Source: a virus
Lineage: Duplodnaviria; Caudoviricetes
IMG/VR virus record: IMGVR_UViG_3300030106_003405
Coordinates: 1 to 40,939 of that record
DNA length: 40,939 bases
Direction: 5' to 3' (one strand)
Under the pieces are notes generated by a model, which had not been told where the DNA came from, did no database searches, and saw only the letters and a list, made by a program, of their open reading frames with translations. Position 1 is the first letter of the stretch. The number at the start of each line of letters is the position of its first letter. Both the position numbers and the translations under genes were made by a program. Positions 9,806 to 19,140 of this stretch are shown here, one piece after another.

Positions 9806-10253
9806 TGATTATAAATGTTCCTCCAATATTTTTAAATCCTAATTTAGAAAAGACATTATTTTTTCTTTCAACATCTTTTCCTTGAAATATTTCGCATATA
9901 GCAGTTACTTTACTTGCTAGTGCGTATTCTTTAAAAACTACCATTATTGATCTAAATATACTGAAATTTCGATGTTGTGGATGTACATGTAACCATAAAG
10001 TTCGCATAAACTTTTTATCACTATACCACGTTTCATCTACTGTTGCAGCTAATGTACCAACAATAATATTTTCATATTCTACTACTATAACAAAACTATT
10101 CTTAATGTAAAATACTATATTTTCTAAGGCTTTCTTGTTATTAGTATTTCCAAAGTTAAATGGCGCCTCTACTAACCACGTTTTAAGTAGTTCTCTGATA
10201 CGAACAGCGTCATCTATTCTTGCTTTTCTTATTTTATATTTATCTTTTTCCAT
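9798..10253 (-). CDS. GNAT-fold acetyltransferase-like protein
   Basis: IRKARIDD start, IVGTL, LWLHVHPQHRN (motif A-like), FSKLGFKNIG. Confidence 0.75.
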   Translation of the reverse strand: MEKDKYKIRKARIDDAVRIRELLKTWLVEAPFNFGNTNNKKALENIVFYIKNSFVIVVEYENIIVGTLAATVDETWYSDKKFMRTLWLHVHPQHRNFSIFRSIMVVFKEYALASKVTAICEIFQGKDVERKNNVFSKLGFKNIGGTFIING

Positions 10254-12087
10254 CGGGTCTTATATTTACTCTTATTGTACCAAATCTCCAACTATCTCCA
10301 ATTCCAGTATTTTCTATCTTTAAACTAGATTGTCTTCCTCTAATTCTAGTATTGTAAAATCTTGTTGCATTATTTACTGTTACAGCTTCTCCAGTAGTTC
10401 TAGTATCATTAGGATAATCTCTTGCTTGTAAAGTTATTATAGCGTTACCTTGCATATTTTGAAAATCTGGAATTACTTTATTGATAAAACTAAATGTTTC
10501 ACCATCAGCTAAATCTCCATCTCCAGATTGTATAAATGCTGACAAAGCAGTACCATCAGCATCAACTCCTTCCTCATGTCTATATATTAAACTTCTACCT
10601 TTTGTTAAACCATTTATTTGTACATATGTGTTAGCTGTAGAATTAGCTAAATATTCAGTAGCTAGAGGATTAAGCTCTACACCATTATCTTGATATGTAC
10701 TTCTAGGTAAATTACCAAAATACCAAGTATTTTCTAAGTAATTAAAAATAACATATCTATCTATTTGATCCGAGTTGCTAGAACAATAGTACCATATAAT
10801 CTCTGAAAAATTAGAAGTCTGTCCTGCATATACTTGAGCGTATTGTGTTTTATTTATATCGTCAAAAACGTAATTTAAAACACTACATGGTATCTCTTGT
10901 ACTGCACCAGCATATCTAAAGAATTGACCATCGGACATCCAGTATGCAACATCATCAACTACGATTGCACTGTTTAAACCAACAGATCCACAGTCATTAC
11001 CTAATTGTCTAAAACCAAATATAAAAGGCGGACCGATAAAAGACATCGAATGCATAGTAGTATCTGTCCATATAAGTATTGTACCTTTAGCAGGCAATGC
11101 ACATCTTATTTCACTTCCACCTGCAATTCTTTGTGAGCCTGCTGAGTTTGTAGTTGTAGGTGTAAAATCGTCAAAATTTTCTTGATCACTAAATCTTATA
11201 AACATTTTATCTTGTGTAGCTGGATTACCAATAGATGATTCAGTACCCATACAAATTAAATGCCTTGTTTCAGTAGATACAACAGACAATGTACTAGCGG
11301 TCGGTGCATTTGCAATTGCTGTCGCTGGATTGTTAGTCAATCCGTCTGATGTATTCCATAAAAAAGTTTTTCCATCTCTTTCTGTAAATATTAAATCTTC
11401 TCCCCAATTGTTCATAGACCATTGTCTTAAATCAATAGTAACATTAGATGTAGACCTAGGAGTTGACCATGTACTAAGATTCCAAGTACCAGTACTCCAA
11501 CCAAAACCAAAAGTTTGTTTATCCGGACCAGTAGATATTTGATATTCTATATCACAATTACCTGTAGTAGTTACATTGGATGCTGCAGTAGCGTTAGAAG
11601 AAATTATGTATGCATCTGCATTTGTAATCTCTATAATTTCATATTGAGCATCTAAACTTGAATTAGAAATTCCACCAATACTTGTCGGTGCTACGTTAGA
11701 TATTGTTATAAAATCTCCTAATTGAGCATTGTGAGTTGAATGATTTACAGTAACATTTGAACTTCCAGTAGAAGTATTAAATACATTAGTTAGAGTATTT
11801 GATTGTCTAATAGGAGTTATATCAGCATTATCCCCTGATCTATATACATAGACTTTTCTATCTGTACCTAAACCTTCGTACCTAGTACCAGAATTATCTA
11901 ACCATTGATGTAAAGAACGACCTACTCCTACATAATAATCTTGACTAAATTTTTGCCAACCACCAATTTTTTGTGGTAAACCTTTTCTAAATCTAACTTT
12001 ATCGCAGTTAGACCATCTACCTTCTGCACCTGTTTCGGTGTTTTCAGTATCAATTCCAGGTAAAAAATTCAATTGTGTTAAAGGCAT
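10240..12087 (-). CDS. Tail tubular / packaged-DNA stabilisation-type virion protein
   Basis: 615 aa, beta-rich; DKVRFRKGLPQKIGGW, FIRFSDQEN, AGSQRIAGGS, terminal RPDGKR; position upstream of GNAT and ejection genes. Confidence 0.7.
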   Translation of the reverse strand: MPLTQLNFLPGIDTENTETGAEGRWSNCDKVRFRKGLPQKIGGWQKFSQDYYVGVGRSLHQWLDNSGTRYEGLGTDRKVYVYRSGDNADITPIRQSNTLTNVFNTSTGSSNVTVNHSTHNAQLGDFITISNVAPTSIGGISNSSLDAQYEIIEITNADAYIISSNATAASNVTTTGNCDIEYQISTGPDKQTFGFGWSTGTWNLSTWSTPRSTSNVTIDLRQWSMNNWGEDLIFTERDGKTFLWNTSDGLTNNPATAIANAPTASTLSVVSTETRHLICMGTESSIGNPATQDKMFIRFSDQENFDDFTPTTTNSAGSQRIAGGSEIRCALPAKGTILIWTDTTMHSMSFIGPPFIFGFRQLGNDCGSVGLNSAIVVDDVAYWMSDGQFFRYAGAVQEIPCSVLNYVFDDINKTQYAQVYAGQTSNFSEIIWYYCSSNSDQIDRYVIFNYLENTWYFGNLPRSTYQDNGVELNPLATEYLANSTANTYVQINGLTKGRSLIYRHEEGVDADGTALSAFIQSGDGDLADGETFSFINKVIPDFQNMQGNAIITLQARDYPNDTRTTGEAVTVNNATRFYNTRIRGRQSSLKIENTGIGDSWRFGTIRVNIRPDGKR

Positions 12088-12135
12088 AATATATATTATA
12101 TACCAATAATAACAAAAAAATAGGATAAATAAAGT

Positions 12136-12648
12136 TTAATAATAAGAGAAATTAGAATTGAAAGCTATAACTGTTTTTCTTTTTTTATTTACAGATGGCG
12201 CACTATGTAGAATATGCGCTGGAAAAGTAATTACATCTCCTTCTTTTGCTTTATAATCTAATAACTTATCTCTTATTTTTATTTGAGTTACATCTTTAGA
12301 ACTAGGTAATTCTAAAAAGTAGACATTAGCCCAATTACATTTTTCGTGGTTATGAAATACATGGTGTGCTCCATCCCAATATTGTTGATACCAAGAATTG
12401 GCTATATGCCATTGATTTGCTTTAAAGTAATCTTGCATTCTATCCATAGTTTCGTCTATTACATGTCTATAAAAATAATCTAAATACTTTCTTTCTTGTT
12501 CCATTGGTAATAACCAATCTGATCTACTATTCTGTTGAGATTGACTAAAAGGCATTTCTTCAATTAAATCTAATAATATCTTTTTATGTTTTTTATGATT
12601 TTTTACTTTTGATATTATAAAATCTACTGTTATATCTTTTATCTCCAT
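12136..12648 (-). CDS. 2OG-Fe(II) oxygenase-like protein (HxH type, TIGR02466-like)
   Basis: SWYQQY...HNH...NVYFL...GDVITFPAHILH...KTVIAFN. Confidence 0.8.
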   Translation of the reverse strand: MEIKDITVDFIISKVKNHKKHKKILLDLIEEMPFSQSQQNSRSDWLLPMEQERKYLDYFYRHVIDETMDRMQDYFKANQWHIANSWYQQYWDGAHHVFHNHEKCNWANVYFLELPSSKDVTQIKIRDKLLDYKAKEGDVITFPAHILHSAPSVNKKRKTVIAFNSNFSYY

Positions 12649-13211
12649 TTTGGTCCTGTAATAAATATGGCTATTGTTTTTCTTGTACCTTTTAAAACTG
12701 GCGTTACTTCGTGACTCATAAAGCCATCAAATAATATCATAGAACCTGGTTTTTTAAAATCTTCTATTACTTCTGGCCCTTGATGAAATAATCTTAATTG
12801 TCCACCTTCGTAAGATGTATCAGACATATTAATAAGTAAAGTACCTTTAATATCAAAATTTTTACCTTCTGGACTTCTATCTACATGCCAATTATAGTAG
12901 TCTTTTTCTTTAGATGTATAAGTCGCAAAATTTATAAGTCTTTCGTCTGATATCTTATGTATTAAATAACCAAATTCGTGAGTAATTACTTCTTCTGCAA
13001 AACCATAGACTTTTTTAAAATATGGTTTTATTTTATGCCATTCTATTAATTTAGTATTTCTTTCTTGTTTTAATCTATTACCATTACTATTACTTGCTGC
13101 GCCATCTTTTGGTTCTAGTTTAGAATAATTATAATCTATAAATTTGTTGTAAGTTTTAATTTCTTTACTTGTAAATTGTGGTGGCCAAATCCAATATCTA
13201 AGAGCACTCAT
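12639..13211 (-). CDS. 2OG-Fe(II) oxygenase (prolyl-hydroxylase/PKHD-like)
   Basis: YNWHVD...YEGGQL...GSMILF...HEVTPVLKGTR. Confidence 0.9.
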   Translation of the reverse strand: MSALRYWIWPPQFTSKEIKTYNKFIDYNYSKLEPKDGAASNSNGNRLKQERNTKLIEWHKIKPYFKKVYGFAEEVITHEFGYLIHKISDERLINFATYTSKEKDYYNWHVDRSPEGKNFDIKGTLLINMSDTSYEGGQLRLFHQGPEVIEDFKKPGSMILFDGFMSHEVTPVLKGTRKTIAIFITGPKWR

Positions 13212-13852
13212 ATTTTTAAAAAAGAATCAGAATTTTCGTTATTTATGTTTCCAATAGGTATAAAATTAAAAGCTAAAGAAAACCTAGTTTTATTACTTCT
13301 ATTAGTTAATATTTTATGATGCATTTCGCTTGGAAAAAATAAAATTAAACCTGGCTCTATTCTAAAATAATATTCTATGCTGTTGTAAACATTGTAATCT
13401 TTTGGAATTAAATTAAACATACTATTATTTCTATAATCTGTAAAACTAATATTACCTGAATTTTTAAAAGCTTGTAAATATAATACGCCACTAAACATAG
13501 AATTTGTATGCGAATGATAATTAGATTGTTGATTTGGTTTACTTTTTGTAAACCAAGAAGTGGTCATTTTAAATCTATTAGTATAACGTAATATTTCTTC
13601 TGTATAAAATTTTAATTCTTTCTCTACAATATTTTTTATAAATTTAAGTTTTTTATTTTCTAAAACTTTTTTATTTACAGAAGCTGATGTTATATTTTCT
13701 ACATTACTATTTATATTATCTTTTACACCTGCTTGTTCAAAATTATTATCTATTAGTTTCAAAATTTTATGGCAATCTAAATCCAATTTTTTTACATATA
13801 CTGGTTTAGAAAACAATGGATAAATTTCGTAATTCAAATTTTTGTATACCAA
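13208..13852 (-). CDS. 2OG-Fe(II) oxygenase-like protein (TIGR02466-like)
   Basis: SWFT...HSHTNSMFSGVLYL...GLILFFPSEMHH...RFSLAFN. Confidence 0.88.
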   Translation of the reverse strand: MVYKNLNYEIYPLFSKPVYVKKLDLDCHKILKLIDNNFEQAGVKDNINSNVENITSASVNKKVLENKKLKFIKNIVEKELKFYTEEILRYTNRFKMTTSWFTKSKPNQQSNYHSHTNSMFSGVLYLQAFKNSGNISFTDYRNNSMFNLIPKDYNVYNSIEYYFRIEPGLILFFPSEMHHKILTNRSNKTRFSLAFNFIPIGNINNENSDSFLKI

Positions 13853-14301
13853 GATGCTACAGTAAATCTGGTCCCCTCTAAAATTTCTTTAACACCGTGA
13901 TAGCGTTCATTACCATTAAATAAAAGTATTCTACCTATTACTGGTTGTATAGAAGTTTCATCTTCAAAATGTGTTTGTCCACCTTGAAAATCATGATTTA
14001 AATATATTATAGAAGCTAATACTGTTTCTCTTACAGCGTAGTCTGTATGCATTCTATGCATTGCACCTTTTGGCCATTTGACTAAATTAGAATAATTAAC
14101 TTTTGAATTATTTATTTTTTTAGATAATAAATTCATTTTTTTTCTTAGAGATAGTACAACAGGTTCTTTAAGCTTGTCTAAACTTACACAAAAAGTATCT
14201 TCGTGTTGCCACATATTTTTTTCGTATTTTTTATGTAATTTAATTAATTGTTTACACTCTTTTTCTGTTATAAAATTATCTATAATATTAATTGTCGACA
14301 T
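13834..14301 (-). CDS. 2OG-Fe(II) oxygenase (prolyl-4-hydroxylase-like)
   Basis: HTD...SIIYLNHDFQGGQTHF...GRILLF...HGVKEILEGTRF. Confidence 0.9.
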   Translation of the reverse strand: MSTINIIDNFITEKECKQLIKLHKKYEKNMWQHEDTFCVSLDKLKEPVVLSLRKKMNLLSKKINNSKVNYSNLVKWPKGAMHRMHTDYAVRETVLASIIYLNHDFQGGQTHFEDETSIQPVIGRILLFNGNERYHGVKEILEGTRFTVASWYTKI

Positions 14302-14848
14302 CGCAATCTAAATCAAAAGAGATTACCCTTCTAACTTTATCTATTGTATTAGGATTTACATAATGTAAAAGATGACCAGGAAATATAATCAATGTTCCTT
14401 CTTCACATTCAACTTTACTTAATTTTGTTTGCCCACTCATTTCATCTGACCAAGGCGCAATATAAGTTGCTGATTCATGTTTCTTATCTAAGTCTAAGTA
14501 TAATATTCCTGTATACATTGATTTACCATGATGATGTGCAACTTGATAATCATGTTTTTTATAATTTACTACCCATGAATCTGTAATGTATAATTTTTTA
14601 AAATTACATTCAGTTCCAAATAAATGTAATTCATCAGCAAAAATTTCATATATTTTTTGAGTTAATAAAGACGGTCTACCAAATCTAGTAGTATAAAAAG
14701 ATGTTAAAGGTCTTCTGTGATATTCTAAATCTTTTATATATTGTTTAATTTTATTTTTTTTAGTCTTCCAGCTTTTTGTTTTAGTAATGAAAGCATCTAT
14801 CGAAAATATTGTATGTATCATTTTTCCTCCTCTATTGTGTATATACAA
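14288..14848 (-). CDS. 2OG-Fe(II) oxygenase-like protein (TIGR02466-like)
   Basis: SWVVNY...HHH...TGILYL...EGTLIIFPGHLLHYV...RRVISFD. The true start is probably the second Met (about 14821), behind a GGAGG. Confidence 0.85.
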   Translation of the reverse strand: MYIHNRGGKMIHTIFSIDAFITKTKSWKTKKNKIKQYIKDLEYHRRPLTSFYTTRFGRPSLLTQKIYEIFADELHLFGTECNFKKLYITDSWVVNYKKHDYQVAHHHGKSMYTGILYLDLDKKHESATYIAPWSDEMSGQTKLSKVECEEGTLIIFPGHLLHYVNPNTIDKVRRVISFDLDCDVDN

Positions 14849-15423
14849 ATAATTCTTACTTCGTCATCTTTACCTGGTGAACCTGCTGCGTGGTAATTTT
14901 CTCCTGGAAATATATTGTATTTACCTTCGCTTGCTTTCATTTCTTTCAAAATTGTTTTAGGTATAAAAGGTTCATATCTATCTTTATTACTTAGCGCAGG
15001 ATTAGTTTTAGATGTTTCTTTAAATAAAAAAGTAGATCCTTTACTAAATTTATTACAATATATTATTATATCCGTATGATCAAATGTATGATCAAAATGT
15101 GGATTTGAGTATGGCTCTTTAAAATAAGTTGTTAAATTCAATGCACCTCTAAGTATTCTTTTTATTTTAATATTATGTTTTTTACAAATTTTTTCTATGA
15201 TTCCTGTAAAGAAAGAATATAATTCTGAATTAATTTTAAAACCTATATTATTTTCGTAATCATATCTTGGTAATAAAATATGACTTAAACATGGATAATT
15301 TTTTTGAAAGCCATATACTGGTTCTGGATAGTAATACCAAGGAAAATTATTATTATCAACAACTTGTTGTTTAATAAATTTTAAATCTTTTTTAGATATG
15401 TAACCTTCTTTTACTTGAACCAT
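14818..15423 (-). CDS. 2OG-Fe(II) oxygenase-like protein
   Basis: NFPWYY...PHFDH...IIIY...GSTFLF...GKYNIFPGENYHA...RII. Confidence 0.75.
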   Translation of the reverse strand: MVQVKEGYISKKDLKFIKQQVVDNNNFPWYYYPEPVYGFQKNYPCLSHILLPRYDYENNIGFKINSELYSFFTGIIEKICKKHNIKIKRILRGALNLTTYFKEPYSNPHFDHTFDHTDIIIYCNKFSKGSTFLFKETSKTNPALSNKDRYEPFIPKTILKEMKASEGKYNIFPGENYHAAGSPGKDDEVRIICIYTIEEEK

Positions 15424-15959
15424 TGTTTGTATATTTCTTTTGGATATTTTAGATGATTTGTATCGTCATATGCAACATTAGTATTTGAACCATTAATATC
15501 TACATAATGCATAAATACTTGACAACAAGTTTCTCCTTTGTAAGGTTCTCTCCAATGTTCATATCTTGGTCCTTCATAAAATATACAATCGCCAGATTTA
15601 GCACTAAAAGGTTTACCGTCCATAAATATTGGCCATTCTTCGTCTTGCCATATATTTAATGTTAAAGATATTTCGCATGCTGGTCTATCTTTATGCTTAG
15701 GTAAAGCTTGATCTTTATAATACATTCTTGTATAACTATAAGTAGGTAATAATTTTTTATTAAATGCTTTCTCTACTATGTATTTTTTAGAACATAAAAA
15801 ATAATCAGCAACAGGATCACCATATATAACACGTGCGCCTTCTATCATAGGACATGGTCTAGGTCTTGTATCCTTTTTTTTAAAAAAACAATGTTCATAA
15901 TATTCTTTTATGTTTTCAAGTTCTTCTTTTGACAAAAAATTTTTATATACTTTTATCAT
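15411..15959 (-). CDS. 2OG-Fe(II) oxygenase-like protein
   Basis: LLPTYSYTRMY...HKDRPACEISLTL...GDCIFYEG...HWR...QVFMHY. Confidence 0.82.
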   Translation of the reverse strand: MIKVYKNFLSKEELENIKEYYEHCFFKKKDTRPRPCPMIEGARVIYGDPVADYFLCSKKYIVEKAFNKKLLPTYSYTRMYYKDQALPKHKDRPACEISLTLNIWQDEEWPIFMDGKPFSAKSGDCIFYEGPRYEHWREPYKGETCCQVFMHYVDINGSNTNVAYDDTNHLKYPKEIYKQWFK

Positions 15960-16543
15960 TTATACGGTGGTCCTAAAGACCAATTAACTAACGAGTATCT
16001 AGTACCTTTAGTTACAGGTGTTATTCTATGCCAAACAAAACTTGGAAAGACTAAAATACTTCCTTGTTTTTTAAATTCAGGTACTTTGGTTGGTCTTCTA
16101 TCTTTATCTGGTCCATGAAAAGCAAAATAAAAATCTCCTCCTTCGTATTTTTTATGATCTGTTAAACTCATAACCAAAGATAGTTTTCTAATTTTACCAG
16201 TATATTCTTTAAAAGTGTTTGTACCATAAGGTTTTTCTAAACTATCAGTGTGCCAATCATAGTATTGTTTTTTTGTATATTTAGTAAGTTGAACATGTTC
16301 GTTCCAATCTACATCTAAATTCCATTTAGATTGTTTATTTGCTGCATTTATCCAAGGTGTTATTAACTCATACAACCAAGGTTCATTACTAAAACAAATA
16401 TCTGAATCTCTTTTATTTTTATCTAATCTATTGTCTTTACCTATTTTACCAGCACTAGGTCTTTTAAAAAGTTTTATAATTCCATCGCAAGTAGATTTAT
16501 CTATAACAGATTCAAAAAGCCAATATTCAAAATTATTGATCAT
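15956..16543 (-). CDS. 2OG-Fe(II) oxygenase (PKHD-like)
   Basis: QLTKY...YDWHTD...RKLSLV...YEGGDF...GSILVFPSFVWHRITPVTKGTRYSLVNW. Confidence 0.92.
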   Translation of the reverse strand: MINNFEYWLFESVIDKSTCDGIIKLFKRPSAGKIGKDNRLDKNKRDSDICFSNEPWLYELITPWINAANKQSKWNLDVDWNEHVQLTKYTKKQYYDWHTDSLEKPYGTNTFKEYTGKIRKLSLVMSLTDHKKYEGGDFYFAFHGPDKDRRPTKVPEFKKQGSILVFPSFVWHRITPVTKGTRYSLVNWSLGPPYK

Positions 16544-17124
16544 ATGTTAAAACTATAAATTATTCTTTCAGAATTAGATTTGTTTGGTGTAACATAATGT
16601 TCTACCCATGCAGGCCAAATTAAAAGCTGTCCTACTTGAGGTTTTATATAAAAATCTTTTGAATTATATTTATTAAATTCTTTGTAATGTGTTGCATAAT
16701 TATTCATTTCTGCTTGTGTATTGAAAACTAAATCACCAGAATTATCATCACATTTTATATAGTAAACACCAGAAAAAACATATGGTGGATGTTTATGCGG
16801 TTTATTAAAATCTCCTTTTTTATTTATTATAAACCAACTGTTGTGAATTACTGTATCTCCTACAATATTAAAGTCTTTTCGTGCTGTTTTTTTTACAAAA
16901 CTATTAATCTTTTCATTCAAATCGTCAACACAACTAGGAAATGGTTCAAAGTAATAAGAGCTATGCCAACCACCGTAGTTAGATGCTGTTACATCAACTG
17001 CACTCTTATCAATTTTATTTAAATATTTTATTATTTTTTTATGATCTACATCTTTTAATTGTGTAGAATATAAATCCGTTTGAAATAATGTTGTTTGTTC
17101 AAAAGATTTTTTAGTTGTTTTCAT
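16540..17124 (-). CDS. 2OG-Fe(II) oxygenase-like protein (TIGR02466-like)
   Basis: SNYGGWHS...WFIIN...NKPHKHP...FSGVYY...GQLLIWPAWVEHYV...RIIYSFN. Confidence 0.9.
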   Translation of the reverse strand: MKTTKKSFEQTTLFQTDLYSTQLKDVDHKKIIKYLNKIDKSAVDVTASNYGGWHSSYYFEPFPSCVDDLNEKINSFVKKTARKDFNIVGDTVIHNSWFIINKKGDFNKPHKHPPYVFSGVYYIKCDDNSGDLVFNTQAEMNNYATHYKEFNKYNSKDFYIKPQVGQLLIWPAWVEHYVTPNKSNSERIIYSFNI

Positions 17125-17665
17125 AGCAATACCACCCTGTTATTATATATTTAATTTCTGTTTTTGATATTTGACCTTTGTGTGTATGTGTCCATGCAGC
17201 AGGCCAAATTAAAGTATCTCCCTGATTACACTTAAAAGTTTTGTTTTGATAAAAAAATTCAGTACCAGCTTTTTTACATGTATTCAAATAAGTCATAAAA
17301 ACTAAATGTCTTGTAATATTTACGCCATTATTTTCATAATGCCATTGTTTAAAGCCTTCGTTTGGTTTATATTTTTGTATATTACAACCTTCTATCATAT
17401 ATCCCTTTTGTAATTTGTCAGAATAAATATATTTCTTTTTATATTTTCCTAAACAAAAACCTAATTCTTCAAAATATTCTTTAAGTAAAGGAGAAAGTCC
17501 ATCTGCTCCATTTAAACCTATATCAGTAGATATTTTAAAATATGGATCAGTTCGGTTGTTACCAACAACCCCGGGACTTTGTCTTTTTTTATTTTGATTG
17601 AAAAATTTGATTACTTTATCGCAAACTTCTTTTTCTATTTTATATTTACCAATAAAATTATCCAT
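17111..17665 (-). CDS. 2OG-Fe(II) oxygenase (prolyl-hydroxylase-like, HxE type)
   Basis: NIQKY...WHYE...RHLVFMTYLN...GTEF...LIWPAAWTHTHKG...KYIITGW. Confidence 0.9.
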   Translation of the reverse strand: MDNFIGKYKIEKEVCDKVIKFFNQNKKRQSPGVVGNNRTDPYFKISTDIGLNGADGLSPLLKEYFEELGFCLGKYKKKYIYSDKLQKGYMIEGCNIQKYKPNEGFKQWHYENNGVNITRHLVFMTYLNTCKKAGTEFFYQNKTFKCNQGDTLIWPAAWTHTHKGQISKTEIKYIITGWYCYENN

Positions 17666-18189
17666 TAATTTATTTTCTCTATGTTGAAATTAAAAGAAAT
17701 TGCAATTCTTTTTTTATTACTATAATTACGTGTTACAAAATGAGAAATATTAGAAGGAAATAAAATAAATTTTCCTACCTCTGGTTTTATCTTCCATCTA
17801 GAATAATTAACATCGTCTTTTTTATATTGAAAACAAAAATATCCTGATTTTGCATCACATTGTAAATAATAAACTCCAGAATAATCAGGACTTAATGTCA
17901 TATTTTCTCTTACTAAATGATCATGTAAATTTGTACTTTGATTTGGTAAATGTATCTGAGACCAAAATCTAGTTACAACAAAACTTGCTTTTAATTGTTT
18001 ACTTATTTCATCAAAAACTTTTTTCAATTCATCATTCATAGGAAAATTTAAATCTTCATTTATAGAATCAGTTTCATCTTGAGAAGCTCTTTTTCCTTTT
18101 AAAGTTATATAATCAATTAACTTTTTATTATTTATTTTTTTTAAATATCCATAATAAAAAAATAATTCGTGTAATATAATTTTATCCAT
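17665..18189 (-). CDS. 2OG-Fe(II) oxygenase-like protein (TIGR02466-like)
   Basis: FWSQIH...HDH...YSGVYYL...GKFILFPSNISHFV...RIAISFN. Confidence 0.87.
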   Translation of the reverse strand: MDKIILHELFFYYGYLKKINNKKLIDYITLKGKRASQDETDSINEDLNFPMNDELKKVFDEISKQLKASFVVTRFWSQIHLPNQSTNLHDHLVRENMTLSPDYSGVYYLQCDAKSGYFCFQYKKDDVNYSRWKIKPEVGKFILFPSNISHFVTRNYSNKKRIAISFNFNIEKIN

Positions 18190-18667
18190 TATTTTCTCCA
18201 GGCCAAAAAGGAAAACTTATAGATAATCTTTTACTTAATGGAATGCATTCATGTTGTAACTTATAAGGAATATATAACATATCTCCGGGATGAAGTATTG
18301 ATTCTCCTAAATTTTCTACTATCCATTTAGATTTACCTTTTTGTTGTACAATTAAATTATGAGCTAAATCAAAATGTTTACCAAAAGAACATGCTTCTTT
18401 TTTAAAAGACGCATAAATATGTGCATCCCAATTAACGTAATCAAACAATTTATTATTATCAATATATTCTTTTATTATTTTACAATCTAAATATTTTAAG
18501 CAATTACTTATAATTATAGATTTATTTCTAAAATTCTTTTTTCCAAATCTCTTTGACTTGTTTTCTAATATTACTTCAAAATCTTTCTCATCACAATCTT
18601 TTATGATGTTATCTAATTTTTTCCAAGTCAAAAAATTTTTTACAAAATTTCTTTCTATAAAAGGCAT
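18182..18667 (-). CDS. JmjC/cupin-4-like oxygenase
   Basis: AHIYAS...SFGKHFD...NLIVQQKGKSKW...LHPGDMLYIP...HEC...RLSISF (RoxA/YcfD-like core). Confidence 0.85.
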   Translation of the reverse strand: MPFIERNFVKNFLTWKKLDNIIKDCDEKDFEVILENKSKRFGKKNFRNKSIIISNCLKYLDCKIIKEYIDNNKLFDYVNWDAHIYASFKKEACSFGKHFDLAHNLIVQQKGKSKWIVENLGESILHPGDMLYIPYKLQHECIPLSKRLSISFPFWPGENNG

Positions 18668-18708
18668 TAAATATACCTTTAACTAAAAAAATTGATTTTT
18701 ACTACAAT

Positions 18709-19140
18709 TTAAATTGATTCCCACTCAAGAGATGTCGGGTTCCATACATATTCCACTACATTATTAGTTGTATTTAAACCATTCCATTTTTGACCTGCTT
18801 CGTCCCATTCAGAAATTACATAAAGATCACCAACAAAATTTGTAGTAGGTTTAGCTATTGGTGCAACCCATTGAAAAGAACCATCTAAAGTCCAAGAGGG
18901 ATAATCTTGTGGATCAATAAAAGCAGAATTAGAAGAATCCCATGTTCCGCCTATTCTTGCATAATTATATCTTGTAGAAGCATCAGAAGCATTTTCAAAT
19001 GTTTCTTTAATATTTGCATTTTGATTACCAAGAGCATCTCGATATAATGCGATACCTTCTTCTTCTGTATCTACATCATACACACAAACATTTTGCACTA
19101 CGTTGCTATCATCTATGTATGCAAAGTATTTTTCAGCCAT
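18709..19140 (-). CDS. Conserved tail-associated protein (putative fibre/adhesin assembly partner)
   Basis: YFAYID...VV...RYNYARIGGTWD...AFIDPQDYPSWTL...WVAP; coupled to the Gly-rich gene. Confidence 0.65.
   Translation of the reverse strand: MAEKYFAYIDDSNVVQNVCVYDVDTEEEGIALYRDALGNQNANIKETFENASDASTRYNYARIGGTWDSSNSAFIDPQDYPSWTLDGSFQWVAPIAKPTTNFVGDLYVISEWDEAGQKWNGLNTTNNVVEYVWNPTSLEWESI

Noticed and set aside
12136-18667. Assignment of any oxygenase as a TET/JBP or AlkB DNA-modifying enzyme
   Set aside because: I could not recognise family-specific motifs by eye; this needs an HMM search and is left open as an alternative.
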